Source: Eledone cirrhosa
Lineage: Eukaryota
NCBI GenBank assembly: GCA_964016885.1
Contig: OZ024753.1
Span: 39,494,001-39,558,000, forward strand
DNA length: 64,000 nt
Direction of reading: 5' to 3'
In this document: one piece after another, positions 28,340-44,074 of the stretch
How positions within the stretch are numbered: position 1 is the stretch's first letter
How the letters are laid out: each line of letters begins with the position of its first letter
The notes under the pieces: generated by a model
Told to the model about the DNA's origin: nothing
The model's input: the letters and a program-made list of their open reading frames with translations, nothing else
The model's database searches: none
Program-made: the position numbers and the translations under genes

Positions 28340-28565
28340 GGCACTTGCCTTGGTGGTCAGGGTCACTGTGGCCTTTTACTGGGCTTTCTCCACAAATGTC
28401 CCTCCGAAGTCTCCCCCCTATTGGGGAATTTTTCATTGTTATTTTTTGTTACATCCTCTGTTTTTGTTCTTTACACGCAGAAATGCCCATTTGTACCGTC
28501 CTGTATTGTCCTGCACTGTCCTTAATGTCTACTTTATGTAAACCCTTGTGGTTAATAAAGAAATC
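28340..28565 (+). mobile_element. L1/Tx1-like 3' UTR fragment (related subfamily)
   Basis: CCCCCTATTGG motif and terminal CCTTGTGGTTAATAAAGAAAT shared with the GATA-associated copies. Confidence 0.45.
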
Positions 28566-28591
28566 ATTGTTAAAGAGACCTCAACCCCCTC

Positions 28592-28638
<47 letters not shown>

Positions 28639-28788
28639 CTCTCTCTCTCGCATTCATTCTATGTCTCTCTAAACACGTCGTCCCCACTATCACATACACA
28701 AACGTGATATCAAACTACCCGCCTCTCTCTCACACGAACTCCCACTCTCTAACCCACTCCTTATCTCTTTCTGTCTGTATCTCTATCA

Positions 28789-28850
<62 letters not shown>

Positions 28851-28974
28851 ACTCATTCCTCATTAACACACACACATACACACATACACTTACGCAAACA
28901 CTCATGTACATAAACATACACAACGCACGTAAACAGACATACACTCATAGATTCCATTTTCCTCCACTGCCATC

Positions 28975-29310
28975 AACACCCACCGCCACCACCCGCCACC
29001 ATCACCACCCGCCACCATCACCACCCGCCACCATCACCATCCGCCACCATCACCACCCGCCACCATCACCACCCGCCACCATCACCATCCGCCACCGCCA
29101 TCACCCGCCACCATCACCACCCGCCACCATCACCACCCGCCATCATCACCATCCGCCACCATCACCATCCGCCACCATCACCACCCGCCATCATCACCAT
29201 CCGCCACCATCACCATCCGCCACCGCCATCACCCGCCACCATCACCACCCGCCATCATCACCACCCGCCACCATCACCACCCGCCACCATCATCATCTCA
29301 CCACCTTCCG
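28975..29310. repeat. 16-bp minisatellite CCGCCACCATCACCAC
   Basis: about 20 tandem copies. Confidence 0.9.
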
Positions 29311-29539
29311 CCATCTTGTCCATTGTTAACTGCAGATAAAAATCATTCATTGAACGACTGTGTTAATGTGTTTATTGTCTTATGGCTTCCTAATGAAAAG
29401 ACGACCACCACAACAAAGATGGCCTCCTCAACAACCGCACAACCACATATCAAGATGACCCCCTACACCGACCATACAACCACACCACCGTGCCAACTAC
29501 ACCAACCACTCAACCGCCGCAACTTCACCAACCACACCA

Positions 29540-30482
29540 CCGCGCCAACTACGCCACTACACCACTACACCAACTAGACGAAGTAGACGAACCACACCAA
29601 CAACACCACTACACCAACCACGCCCCACTACACTAAACTCACCAGTCACACCAACTACGCCACTACACCACTACACCACTACACCAACCACGCCCCACTA
29701 CACTAAACTCACCAGTCACACCAACTACACCACTACACCACTACACCAACTAGACGAACCACACCAACAACACTACTACACCAACCACACCACTACACCA
29801 AACTCACCAGTCACACCAACTACGCCACTACACCACTACACCAACTAGACCAACCAAACCAACAACACCACTACACCAACCACGCCCCACTACACCAAAC
29901 TCACCTGTCACACTAACTACGCCACTACACCACTACACCAACTAGACGAACCACACCAACAACACCACTACACCAACCACGCCCCACTACACCAAACACA
30001 CCAGTCACACCAACTACGCCACTACACCACTACACCAACTAGACCAACCACACCAACAACACCACTACACCAACCACGCCCCACTACACCAAACTCACCA
30101 GTCACACCAACTACGCCACTACACCACTACACCAACTAGACCAACCACACCAACAACACCACTACACCAACCACGCACCACTACACCAAACTCACCTGTC
30201 ACACTAACTACGCCACCTACACCAACAATATTACTACACCACCACACCAACTACACGAATCATACCAGCCACGCCACCTACACCAACCACACCACTACAC
30301 CAACCACACCACTACACCAACCACAACGCCACCTACACCAACCACACCACTACACCAACCACAACGCCACCTACACCAACCACACCACTACACCAACCAC
30401 AACGCCACCTACACCAACCACACCACTACACCAACCACACCACTACACCAACCACACCACTACACCACTACACCAACCACAC
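29540..30482. repeat. CA-rich minisatellite built on CACCACTACACCAAC with ~80-bp higher-order units
   Basis: recurring aactcaccagtcacaccaactacgccactacaccactacaccaactagac. Confidence 0.9.
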
Positions 30483-30635
30483 AATCTCATATCAAAATTG
30501 CTTCCGTTTCTTGTCGCAACAGTTGTTGTTGTTCTTGTTGTTGTCACTACAACTGTCGTTGTTGTCGCTGCTAATGTTGTTGTTGACGCTAATATATTGT
30601 TTATTGTCGTTAGTGTTGTTCTCGCTATTATAATT

Positions 30636-30696
<61 letters not shown>

Positions 30697-30936
30697 TGCA
30701 CATAATTGTTTTGCAAATAATTGTTTCTACTTTAGTCACAAGAGCAGAAAATTACCTAAGTGCATTACTGGTACTTTATTTTATCCAACCCGTAAGGATG
30801 AAAGGCAAAGCTAACCTCGGCGGGTTATAATATAAAGGGTCGGGACTCGACTCTACAACCTGAAGTATCGAGTACTCTGTTGAGTAATGGTCTAACCAGT
30901 TTCAAACTGAATCCATCCTGATATATATCTATCTAT

Positions 30937-31275
30937 CTAAGGCGGGTAAAATTCCCGAGATCCATGGACGAGTTCTCTCCAGCCGTCTCTGTCCCTCATT
31001 ATCGCTGCCATGTCCTGCGTCTCCAACAGACCAGTGTCTGTCCTTAGGGCATCAACATACGTTAACCTTGGTCTTCCACTTCTAGTGTGTCCAGGTAGGG
31101 GCTCCCACAGGAGCACTGAGTGCAATGTCAACTCTGGATGTCGGTGAGCATGTCCAGCTAACCTCAGTCTCCTCTGTGTCACTTTTGAGCTGACTTTTGG
31201 GATGCTCCCATACAGCTCTGAGTTTTTCATCCTCAGTGTATACTGATTAATGTTCAGAGCCATCCTTCACAGCAT
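30937..31275 (-). mobile_element. RTE-like LINE ORF C-terminal fragment (5'-truncated)
   Basis: [37 protein letters not shown] is the typical post-RT C-terminus of RTE-type LINEs. Confidence 0.85.
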
Positions 31276-31283
31276 TATATATA

Positions 31284-31328
<45 letters not shown>

Positions 31329-31569
31329 TAGGGTGTGGTAAAAAGCCATGTGGACCAAAACCCAGTAGAGTACTAAACTCAGTACAGAACTTCGACGGCT
31401 GTGCCTCAGCTGTATCGACGGCTAGATCCGACTAAAGCGCTTTAGTTCCGATCTAGCTGTCGAAACAGCTGGGGCACAGCCGTCGGCGTCCTGAATTGTT
31501 TCATACATATATATATATACTGGTGTGTGTGTGTGTGTGTGTGTGACAGCTCCTACCTTTGCAGGTTTA

Positions 31570-31788
31570 GCTGGCCTCCTCCAAGGTATATCTCGTTGGA
31601 GGTGTCTTGGGTAATTTAATGATAGGGACCCCAGTCCTATCATCTCATTTCTACAGCTGAGTAAACTGGAGCAACGTGAAATAAAGTGTCTTGCTCAAGG
31701 AAACAACACATCACCCGGTCTGAGAATTGAACTCACAACCTTTCGATTGCAAGCCCAATGGTCTAACCACTAAGCCATGCGCCTTCAA
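31570..31788 (-). mobile_element. tRNA-derived CORE-like SINE
   Basis: minus: TGGCTTAGTGG A box, GAGTTCAATTC B box, CCTTGAGCAAGACACTT..CTCCAGTTTACTCAGCTGTAGAAATG; diverged relatives ~28130-28290, 46085-46310, 50420-50640, 50900-51002. Confidence 0.8.
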
Positions 31789-31796
31789 TCTGTTCA

Positions 31797-31843
<47 letters not shown>

Positions 31844-32004
31844 TGGTGTGTGTATGTGTGTATATGTGTATGTGTGTGTGTATGTGTGTATGCGTATATG
31901 CTATATATGTGTGTTTGTATTCCCGCTATTCCAGTCATTGTTGCTCACAAAGAAATACTGAACGTATTTAATGAGCCCAGTGGTTAATGTAATTACATGT
32001 TAAT

Positions 32005-32069
<65 letters not shown>

Positions 32070-32240
32070 TCTCTCTCTGTCTCCGTCACCCTCATCCTCT
32101 ATCTGTTTCACTCTCACTCTCTCTCTCCTTCCCATAAAATCCCCGGTAGTTTGTAGAATACACCTTTCTGGAAATATTAACAAAGGAAATGATCGGATTA
32201 GAAAACAATTGTCGATAAAGCAAACGAGTGTAATGCAGGT

Positions 32241-32273
<33 letters not shown>

Positions 32274-32674
32274 ACACTAAAGATGGTTGACCTTTATTTA
32301 TTTGTAATTATTATTGTTTGTGTTTTTGTTCTTCCTTCAGTTTTGTTTCCATTTCTTGCCGAGTGTTTTCCCAACGCCTTCCATCCTTACGGAGTCCATA
32401 AAATAAAGTACCAGTAATACACTGGGGTCGAAACCATTATTAGGATGTGGAAAGAATATAAAAATGAGTAGCACTTGTTTATCGTTCCCTTGGAGATTGA
32501 ACTGGGTGATCTCGTATCTGTAGGGGTCCTTAATTACCCTAGGGGAAGGTGGGCGTGCTGACCCCTATTAGGGAATGTTGCTGTTATTAATTTGTTGTTA
32601 CCTTTGTTATATATTTTGTTGATTGTCGTTGTTTTTTTTTTTGTTTTTGTGGTTTACATGATTATATATAAATC

Positions 32675-32743
<69 letters not shown>

Positions 32744-32786
32744 TATATATATATATTATATATATGAAGATATATATACATTATAC

Positions 32787-32852
<66 letters not shown>

Positions 32853-32885
32853 ATAGATATATATGAAGATATATATACATTATAC

Positions 32886-32943
<58 letters not shown>

Positions 32944-33105
32944 TAGATAGATTATACATATATATATGAAGATATATATACATTATACATATATTATACA
33001 TATATATATATATATATATATACATTTGTATTTTCATTAATGTGTTCAACACTCCGTGGACAATAAAGATGTCACCCACCCCCTCTCCCCCCTCCTCCTC
33101 CTCAA

Positions 33106-33162
<57 letters not shown>

Positions 33163-34973
33163 TATCTCATCATTATCTTTATTCTTGTTGCCGTTGCTGT
33201 TGCTATTGTTGTTGTTGCTGTTGCAATTGTTGTTGATGTTGTTGCTGTTGTTGTTATTGTTGCTGTTGTTGTTGTTGCAGTTGTCGTCGTTGCAGTTGTC
33301 GTCGTTGTTGTTGTTGTTATTGTCGTTGTTATCGTTGTTGTTGTTGTTGTCGTTGTTGTTGTTGCTGTTGTTGTGGTTGTTGTCGTTGCTATTGTTGTTG
33401 TTGTTGTTACTTCCCGTTCGTAAGTAGTTCGTGAATTATAGATGGTGTTGAAAATTTCCCTGTGAATAATATATTTCACTTAGTCGTAGGACACGGTTTA
33501 GGTGCTTAGCTATTGAAGCATGCATTACGACCAATATATGTGCTCAGGGTTGGCGCTAGCACAAAGACAACTCGGCAGCCACCTAGGCCGAAGACCTCAG
33601 AGAGGTGCAGTACTGAACGTCAAACCTTACCCCGATGATGGAATCAAATTCTTCTAATATTGGTTGTTCCAATGGTTTGAAATAATCGATATTGTTTCTC
33701 GATTCCAGAAACCATGGTTTGGAGGAAAATATGTTAATAAAACTGACTTATTTTAGTTAGTCTAGTGTGTGTGTGTATGTATATGTGTGTGTATGTGTGT
33801 GTGTGTGTTTGTGTGTAGTGTATGTAGTGTGTATGGGAGGGGGTGATTATTTCCTTTCATAACAGACTTAGAACTTTTAATCGTTACTTATTTTTTTTAA
33901 ATCATCAGAAAATTCTCGTTGTAATCATTTTCAAGTATGTACTACTGACAAAGATGTTTTATTTCTACTACTATTATACACTAACATACATATACACACA
34001 CATATACACATACACACACACACATATACACACACACATACACACATACACACACATGCACACACACACATGAGTTTGGCTTTTGAGGACAGAAGAGGTG
34101 AGGACACCCACAAAATGCTTCAAGTTGTACCCTGGCCGTATTCAGGGGAGGGGGTCAATTATTTTAAAGCAATGTTTAATAGCTGAATAGTTCCAACCCT
34201 TTCCTTTTCCTCGCCCCTCACGACACCCAGATACACCGTGTACATATTCTTAACACACACTAAAAGTTTTCTCTCGATAATTTTAGAAAAATACTTCGGT
34301 CTAGTGCAGTTCAAATGTCTATGTGATATGTGACCCTGTTTTGTCTTCACTCTTTGATAATGATATCAAACTAGATTGCTTTTATACGCCTGTCATGTGA
34401 ACAGGCATGTCCAGGGTAGGGTCACTTTGTCATTGCTTTTATTCCCCTGTCATGTGAACAAGCATGTCCCCCGGGTAAGGTCACTTTGTCATTTTTCAAG
34501 AGACGCTTTCTTCTAGGTGTAGCCACCTCCTATACGTAGTAATTTGATAGTACTGACAATATTTCCCAGGGTACAAAGCAACCAACACTGTTTTACTTGT
34601 TTAATATATATTTAATTTAAGGTTTATTCTTGGACGGTAAGAATGTGATCGATTGCTACTTCCTGTCCACAGTAGATTCTGAAGTCACTTTTTCATGTCA
34701 TCATTCATTCTGCCTTTTGGTTATTTTTAACGTGAAAGGGGACTTTGGTCTAAGTGCAACTATCAATTACTAGTACACTATCAATTTAGCTATAGTGTAT
34801 ATTTCTTAACTACTAAACCAGTACCTTCCAAACCGGGGGGCATTTGGCTACCAGGGGAGAAATCTTACCTAAGGGTGTAATTGTTGAAGAATCCAAAATG
34901 GTAAAAAATAAAAAATAATGTGGATTGTATAAATGTATACACACACACACACATACACACATATGTATGTATG

Positions 34974-35037
<64 letters not shown>

Positions 35038-35084
35038 TAAAAGAGTGTGTGTGCATGTAAGTACGAAGCTATGAGTATACATAT

Positions 35085-35177
<93 letters not shown>

Positions 35178-35250
35178 CTCATAGCTTCGTACTTACATGC
35201 ACACACACTCTTTTACTCACATATACACACACATTTCTTCTTAGCTTCGT

Positions 35251-35349
<99 letters not shown>

Positions 35350-35492
35350 GCTTACGCACGTGCACAAGTATAGCTCTTTTTACAAAAAGGTTTTTTTTCC
35401 ATTTCAGGTAGACGCACTCTATCATCTAATTTTCTAAAAAATAAATCATACACAAAACGCCAGGACCAACAGTTTTGCAAGAGATGTCAACA

Positions 35493-35698
35493 TGAATGGA
35501 CCTGTTATTTTTATCTAAAGACATGTTTTCCAATTCCAACCCGGCCGTCTCCTCAATCTATCTTATTTCTCATTCTTTCTTCTGATGAAGAACTAGCGTC
35601 CGAATCTTTAAGACCCTCTTCCTGCTATATCAAGCGTTAACCTAATATATCCGTTCCATATACTATACCGATTGTGTTGTTATTTCTGTTTACCTTTT

Positions 35699-35700
<2 letters not shown>
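35493..35700 (+). mobile_element. family F cassette with mutated minimal HHR (35578-35613)
   Basis: TCTT-CTGATGA-AGAACTAGCGTCC-GAAT-CT-TT-AAGA; homologous to 40363-40565 (reverse). Confidence 0.65.
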
Positions 35701-35741
<41 letters not shown>

Positions 35742-35744
<3 letters not shown>

Positions 35745-36125
35745 GATATATTAACAAATGGAAACTATATTTATAAAACCATATTTATTTCATTATACAT
35801 ATTTCAAGGACACCAAGTTAAATTATGGTGCGCTTTCATCAGATAAAATATAATATAGAGCAGTTTTATAAATAAATATTGACATACTCTTAAAGAATGC
35901 GACCATTTCTGTTGGAAGCTCCCGGATATTATATTTTATCTGATGAAAGCACATCTTAATTTAACTTGGTGTCCTTGAAATATGTATAATGAAATAAATA
36001 TGGTTTTATAAATATAGTTTCTATTTGTTAATATATCGTATTTTTACTCCAATAATTTGTTGAGTGGTTTATATCAGTTATAAAAATATTTGCTTGTTGT
36101 ATCCCAACAATTTAAATAGAACTTC

Positions 36126-36128
<3 letters not shown>
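35742..36128. mobile_element. family C fold-back cassette with two HHRs (35786-35850 minus, 35932-35996 plus)
   Basis: ~115-bp inverted arms; TATTTTAT-CTGATGA(35940)-stem II-GAAA(35977)-TATGTA-TA-ATGAAATA; in (TA)n. Confidence 0.85.
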
Positions 36129-36205
<77 letters not shown>

Positions 36206-36260
36206 TATTAAAATAACAGATTAAAGTTTAAGCAAAGAATCGCTGCTTTCATCCTTAATG

Positions 36261-36323
<63 letters not shown>

Positions 36324-36363
36324 GTGGTAGATAGATAGATATTTATATTTACATATATATACA

Positions 36364-36437
<74 letters not shown>

Positions 36438-36585
36438 TAGATAGATAGATATAGATATATAGTAGAAAGTTAAAGGAATTTCTTGGTACAGTAAGATAAG
36501 TTTGAAAAAAAAGGGAAAATGGTGATATATATAAATATTTGTTTATATATATATTTATTCATTTATATGTACATATAAAATGGGT

Positions 36586-36659
<74 letters not shown>

Positions 36660-36745
36660 ATGTATACCCATTTTATATGTACATATAAATGAATAAATAT
36701 ATATATAAACAAATATATATATATCACCATTTTCCCTTTTTTTTC

Positions 36746-36866
<121 letters not shown>

Positions 36867-37172
36867 TATATATATATAATATTAATTAGATAAGTCTTCG
36901 GCAACACAGCGTATATTTGATAGACTGATATTTTATTTAAAGATTGTAGATATATTTACATTACATTTCAGATTATTCAATATGTGTTACGTTGTGCATA
37001 TTAATTAATAAATTAATTAAAAATATTAGCAAGGGTTATAGATATAAAATATCAGCAGAAAATTATTTTACATAGACGAGCTTTTAAAGTTTTATCCGCT
37101 AAAAGTAATAGGACCCGATCGTCAGATCCAGCCAAGGAATCAAAGTTTCCGTTGGGCTTTCTTTGCTGATAT

Positions 37173-37365
37173 CAGATCTGCCAACTTTTAAAATCCAAAC
37201 GGGGAGTACCATGAAAAGAAGTGCCCCAAAACGTGGAGAAATGAGGCAAAATCGTGATATTTACATAATGAAAGCTATACCAATTTTCACAACAGAGGAC
37301 ATCTCTCACCTACCCCAAAGTGGATGGGAGATCTCCCCGTCGGACGGGGTGAGTTGATAGATCTG
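37173..37365. mobile_element. possible MITE
   Basis: terminal inverted repeat CAGATCTGCCAACT / AGTTGATAGATCTG (12 of 14); no TSD seen. Confidence 0.4.
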
Positions 37366-37566
37366 CACTCTTCATATTGGTTCGTTTTCATAAATTCATT
37401 GCATTGATCTATAGTTGGTTGTTTTGATATCAGAATTTTAGTGACACTTATTTAACCAATCTTACTTAACAAGCATTACTTTGACTAGACTAGAACACAG
37501 AACGAAGATATATAAAACCAGGCTATTCGATTTTCACTGGAGAGATAAATTTAAAGTTGGAAAAAA

Positions 37567-37753
37567 TAATTGTTTCTACTTTAGGCACAAGGCCAGCAAA
37601 TACCCAGTGCATTACTGGTACTTTATTTTATCGACCCCGTAAGGATGAAAGGCAAAGTCAACCTCGGCGGGATTTGAACTCAGATCATAAAGGGACGTAA
37701 CTATGCTGGAAAGCATGGCGTCCGACCCTCTACCGATACTGCCAATCTACCGC
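37567..37753 (-). mobile_element. tRNA-derived SINE, full length
   Basis: close match to 8838-9028 in reverse. Confidence 0.9.
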
Positions 37754-37892
37754 TGGAAAAAAAATAATAAACGAAAGAAAGGGAGAGTTGACAAATCTGG
37801 ATATTATATGCCGGTTTCAACTCTTAACAGAAGGAGCAGTGTGAAATTAAGTATTTTCCCCACTCAAAAAAAAAAAAAAAAAAAAAAATTAT

Positions 37893-37965
37893 TTGCCTGT
37901 TCCCGGATTGAAACCCGTGACATTATGGTAGCGAGTCCAACACGCTAACCACTAGACCACTAAAG
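37893..37965 (-). pseudogene. tRNA-like pseudogene or isolated SINE head (Arg-TCG-like)
   Basis: minus: TGGTCTAGTGG A box, TTGGACTCGC, GGTTTCAATCC B box, then a long T run; cloverleaf stems imperfect. Confidence 0.55.
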
Positions 37966-38280
37966 AAGATTTACGTTCGTCAGGCATCCACGGATCCCAA
38001 ACCTTGGCCATATGAACAGTATTGTACCCTGATGCCACTGGGTTCCTTGTATATTATAACATACACACTCATCTTTGTGGCGCATACGAAGTTGATCAAG
38101 ACATATTTTCTGTAAGGATGAAAGGGTAATTTTATGTCACAAAGAACGTGGCCGGACGCTCTACCAATTCAGTAATATAGGTTAAAAATAATATCAGTGT
38201 TTAAATTAGATTTCTGTTGGAATATTTCTGGAAGTTCAACTTGTTTTACACACACATACACACACACATATATATATATA

Positions 38281-38756
<476 letters not shown>

Positions 38757-38831
38757 CGTTTCTGAAAGTGAAAGCAACTGGTGCGTGTGTTTCTTATTGG
38801 CAACATGACCCTCCCAAAGTATAACAATATA

Positions 38832-38889
<58 letters not shown>

Positions 38890-39427
38890 ATATATGTGTG
38901 CCAATGTGTCTCTGCACGCGCATGCCTGTGTAATGTATATAATATATATGTATATACACATATACACATTGTTTGTATGAGTGTGTGCATATGCATATTT
39001 GTATGTGTGTGTTTACGTAGTCAAACTAGCTGTTGGATACGATCATACCATTGAATATTTTGGACTGAAAATCTTTGTATAGGAAACTTTTGTAATAATT
39101 AAGCAATGCGATCACTTCCATCTCATTACAGTGTTACACAAGGAGAGACTTGTCGTTAATGGAAAACTATAAAACATATTAATTGGTTCAGAAAGCGGTA
39201 ACTGATCATGGAATGTGATATATACTCTGTCTAGTTTATGAGAACAGAGGCCCTCTTAAATAAACAAATCAACATTTATTTTCAACAAACGTTTCATATT
39301 CTAATTGTATATTGTTTTTGCCATCACTTCTTCCTTTCTCTTATTGAATATTAAGGTTCTGTTGAATTCAAAACCCGACAAAGGCAAAGGAAAAATAAAG
39401 AAAATAAACGTGAACAAATAATTAAAC

Positions 39428-39463
<36 letters not shown>

Positions 39464-39552
39464 GGGGGGGGTAGTGTAATGATTGTGTGTGTCTGTGAGT
39501 GTGGGAGTGGGTGTGATGGATCCTCTGGCACTGGCATATATATACATGTATG

Positions 39553-39611
<59 letters not shown>

Positions 39612-39654
39612 TAGATAGATAGATACATATCTACATACAAACATATATTATACA

Positions 39655-39694
<40 letters not shown>

Positions 39695-39719
39695 AATACA
39701 TATACACACGCACAAACAA

Positions 39720-39776
<57 letters not shown>

Positions 39777-39814
39777 GTAATAATAATATATGTGAAGACT
39801 AAAGAATTAAACAT

Positions 39815-39875
<61 letters not shown>

Positions 39876-39953
39876 TAACAGTTCTTATATATTTGATATA
39901 TATTTATCCTTATCGAGCCCTCTTGGGATTTTAATCTTCTAATTTATTATTAT

Positions 39954-40013
<60 letters not shown>

Positions 40014-40041
40014 ATAATAATAAATTAGAATTTATTATTAT

Positions 40042-40117
<76 letters not shown>

Positions 40118-40121
<4 letters not shown>

Positions 40122-40318
40122 ATAATAATAAATTAGAAGACTAAAATCCAAGGAGGGCTCGATAAGGATAAATATATATCAAATATATAAGAACCGTAGA
40201 GCAAATATTGCAGCGTTTTTTTAAATATTCGCTTCTGCGTTCACAGATTGACTTTGTTAGTTTCGGAAGATCCCGTTAAGGGTGAAAGCAGCGATTCTTT
40301 GCTTAAACTTTAATGTTA

Positions 40319-40323
<5 letters not shown>
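40118..40323 (+). mobile_element. family G cassette with variant HHR (40259-40309)
   Basis: AGTTT-CGGAAGA-TCCCGTTAAGGGT-GAAA-GCA..TGC-TT-AAACT. Confidence 0.6.
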
Positions 40324-40362
<39 letters not shown>

Positions 40363-40366
<4 letters not shown>

Positions 40367-40560
40367 GTAAACAGAAATAACAACACAATCGGTACAGTAC
40401 ATGGAAGGGATATATTAGGTTAACGCTAGATATAGCAGGATGAGGGTCTTAACGTTTCGGACGCTAGTCTTTCATCAGACAAAAGAATCAGAAATAAGAT
40501 AGATTGAGGGGACGATGGGCTGGAATTGGAGAAAATGTATTTAGATAAAAATAACAGGTC

Positions 40561-40565
<5 letters not shown>
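40363..40565 (-). mobile_element. family F cassette with minimal HHR (~40446-40483)
   Basis: minus: CTGATGA-AAGACTAGCGTCC-GAAA-CG-TT-AAGAC, a minimal HHR with palindromic AACGTT; in (TA)n. Confidence 0.7.
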
Positions 40566-40614
<49 letters not shown>

Positions 40615-42300
40615 ATAGATTATTGTATGTCTATGAGCTCGAACCGCTTACCTACACAGCCATGCATGCTTCTATGTGTAGGACTTTGAAATCGATAGGC
40701 TCTAGTTGTGTGTAGTACCTTTGATATACTACAGGTGGTGTCACTTATGACATTCAGGTTGTTAGATTTACTTTCTTTAAAAAAAAAATACATCTAACAG
40801 AAAAAATAATTTAGTAACTTTAATATGCTTTTAGAAGATATAGTTTTTTAAATTTTATATTTTTTAAATATTTTTTCTTATCTAATATTTTTAAAATTCT
40901 ACTGTGAACGGACAGGGTGTATATTTATATTTTAAATTGGCTGTTTACCTACTATCTACCCGAGAAGCTATAAAACATCCCACCCCTTCTCTCTTTTATC
41001 AATCCATGAAAATAAACGTGTACTTGGAATACTGCTAGGTTTATGGCTAGGCAGATTTTTGAATAATGTAAATTGTGTTGGTGTTAATGTATTTAAAATG
41101 CTAATAGTAAGAAGTAAAGTTTTTATAATAAAGCTAATCTTAAGTACATAAAGGAAGAGAAGAATCTCCATATGACTTCTTTAAATGGTCTTGATGGCTG
41201 AGATGTAGGGAAAATTACATAGCGTATCGGAGATTTCTGAACTAGATTTAAAGACACTTAAGGAGATTTATGTATTTATTTACTGTAGCAGTTGATGACC
41301 GGTCATCGACTTTGAAATAAAACGAAAACAAAGATTTTTCTTTCGTTAAGCAATTTTCTTCTAATCTCAGCTATAATAAAAATTTGAAGAATCCGCCTCC
41401 CCCATGAAATCTCAAGAATATAAGACAAACAAAAAATATATATATACACAACCACCATTAAAAAGAAAAAAAATGACTAATATTATTTTTCAATGATAAT
41501 AGATGACAAAGAATGCTGTTATAGCAATAGAGGAATAGCAAAAGAAGTTTTTAAATCCGTGCAATGTGGTACATTCAGTTGGCAATCTTCTCTAAGAGCA
41601 GCTAATTTCCTTCTTAAAATTGTCTAAAAATTGATTATTATTTTATTTTTTAATGAAGATTCTTTAATGAATGCTTGATTTATAGAATCAGCGATTTAGC
41701 TTTTGAAGCCATATAACTGCAAGATAACATTATTTTCTTAGTTTTAAAATGGCAGAGTTGAAGAAAGTAGTTGTTCAAGGTGGCAGAAAGGGAAGGGTTG
41801 TGAAGATGCTGATGCTGATGGTGTCAGGTAAATGGAAATATTTCTCTCTAAAACTTAAACTATCTCTCAACACTTTGACGAACGATAGTTGCCGTTAAAA
41901 GAACATTAAAGTTAAAGTAGAAGGCTGGGGATTGGAAAGGGTGCCACTTAAAAATCTTAAAAGTGAACGTTCTTAATGTCATTATAATAATAGTATGGGA
42001 GTGTGGAGGTGGACTCGCAGAATCGTTAGAGCGTCGGACAAAAGACTTTCCGTTATTTGTTTCATAGTGAGTTCAAAACACGCCGAGGTCAATTGAAGTT
42101 TTACATTCATTTCAGTGTCGATAAAATAAAGAACAGCTAAGTACAGGAATTGATTTAATGAACTTTGCCCTTACCCTAGATTATCTGGACTTGGATTTTA
42201 ACATTATTTCGTACTTTCCCAAATACTTAATATTGTATGGGACTTAAAAGCATTAATATATATATATATGTGAATACATACAAACATACCTGTGTGTGTG

Positions 42301-42351
<51 letters not shown>

Positions 42352-42678
42352 GTTTGTATATGTATAATAAAGCTAAAACAATGCAGGTATGGACATAGAA
42401 TAAAGAATGCAAATGCAAACGATATTGTTGACAATTAGTCTTTTACCTTAGATATATATATATACATATATATATATATATGTGTGTAAGAGGGGAAATC
42501 TTTAAAAAATATTTTTTAAAGACTATAAATATAAACGAAGGGCACAGAACTCCATGGTCATTGGCTGATGATCATGGAGTTCTGTGTTAAAAAATGTAAG
42601 TATATATATATATACACATATATATATATATATACTTACATTTGTTACACATTAAATATGTATCTATACCTTAACGTA

Positions 42679-42710
<32 letters not shown>

Positions 42711-42829
42711 TATGTTAAGGTATACATACATATTTAATGTGTAACACACATACACACATACATATATATATATATATTACAGAATAATCAAAATTATGTT
42801 CAAAACAATTTATTGCTGACAAAAGTTAT

Positions 42830-42887
<58 letters not shown>

Positions 42888-42936
42888 GGAAAAAATGAAA
42901 CGAAATTTCATTTCTCATATTATATTATATATATAT

Positions 42937-42968
<32 letters not shown>

Positions 42969-43109
42969 ATATAATAACTATTGTCAGCAATAAAATGTTT
43001 TGAACATAGTTTTGATTATTCTGTAATTTATATATATATATATATATGGGGGTGTACGCATTGAGTACTCCCATGCTTAATAGTCTCCCCGACCTCAGCA
43101 CCGCAGACT

Positions 43110-43154
<45 letters not shown>

Positions 43155-43159
<5 letters not shown>

Positions 43160-43280
43160 TAAAATAACAGATTAAAGTTTAAGCAAAGAATCGCTGCTTT
43201 CACCCTTAACGGGATCTTCTGAAACTTATATATTTGATATATATTTATCCTTATCGAGCCCTGTTTGGATTTTAGTCATC
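43155..43280 (-). mobile_element. family G cassette with variant HHR (43176-43226)
   Basis: minus: AAGTTT-CAGAAGA-TCCCGTTAAGGGT-GAAA-GCA..TGC-TT-AAACTT. Confidence 0.65.
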
Positions 43281-43294
43281 AAATTTATTATTAT

Positions 43295-43378
<84 letters not shown>

Positions 43379-43447
43379 ATATATATATATGTAATATATA
43401 TATATATATATGTAATATATATATATATATATATGTAATAAATATAT

Positions 43448-43840
43448 ATGTAATATTGCTTATATTATATTATGTATACATTATATGTATGTTTAAAAAG
43501 TTTGATATCATATTTTGTGAGCAGCTAATATATATATATATATTATATATATCGCATCCGTGTTATTTTTAATAAATCTAAAATCTGCGGGAATGAATAA
43601 ATAAATAAACTTTAAATATACTTTTTTACCTGCTTATATATATAATATATATATATTTATGCAGGTAAAAAATATATTTAAAGTTTATTTATATATTCAT
43701 TCCAGCAGATTTTAGATTTATCAAAAATAACACGGATGCGATATATATATACATATATATTAGCTGCTCACGAAATATGATATCAAACTTTTTAAACATA
43801 CCTATAATGTATACATAATATAATATAAGCAATATTACAT
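43448..43840. repeat. ~390-bp imperfect palindrome centred on (TA)n
   Basis: arms 43448-43633 and 43661-43840 are reverse complements. Confidence 0.9.
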
Positions 43841-43910
43841 ATATATATATATTTACAATTTCATCTATATATATACATATATTACACTATATATACTATA
43901 TATGCATGTT

Positions 43911-43941
<31 letters not shown>

Positions 43942-44011
43942 TTTAAAATAACAGATTAAAGTTTAAACCAAGAATCGCTCTTTAGCGATTCTTTGCTTAA
44001 ACTTTAATCTG

Positions 44012-44074
<63 letters not shown>

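Noticed and set aside
28904-29329. His/Pro-rich 141-aa ORF
   Set aside because: Product of the 16-bp minisatellite
41742-41827. Possible plus-strand exon (TTTTCTTAG|..ATGGCAGAG..CAG|GTAAAT)
   Set aside because: Splice-like ends are common by chance; peptide not recognisable
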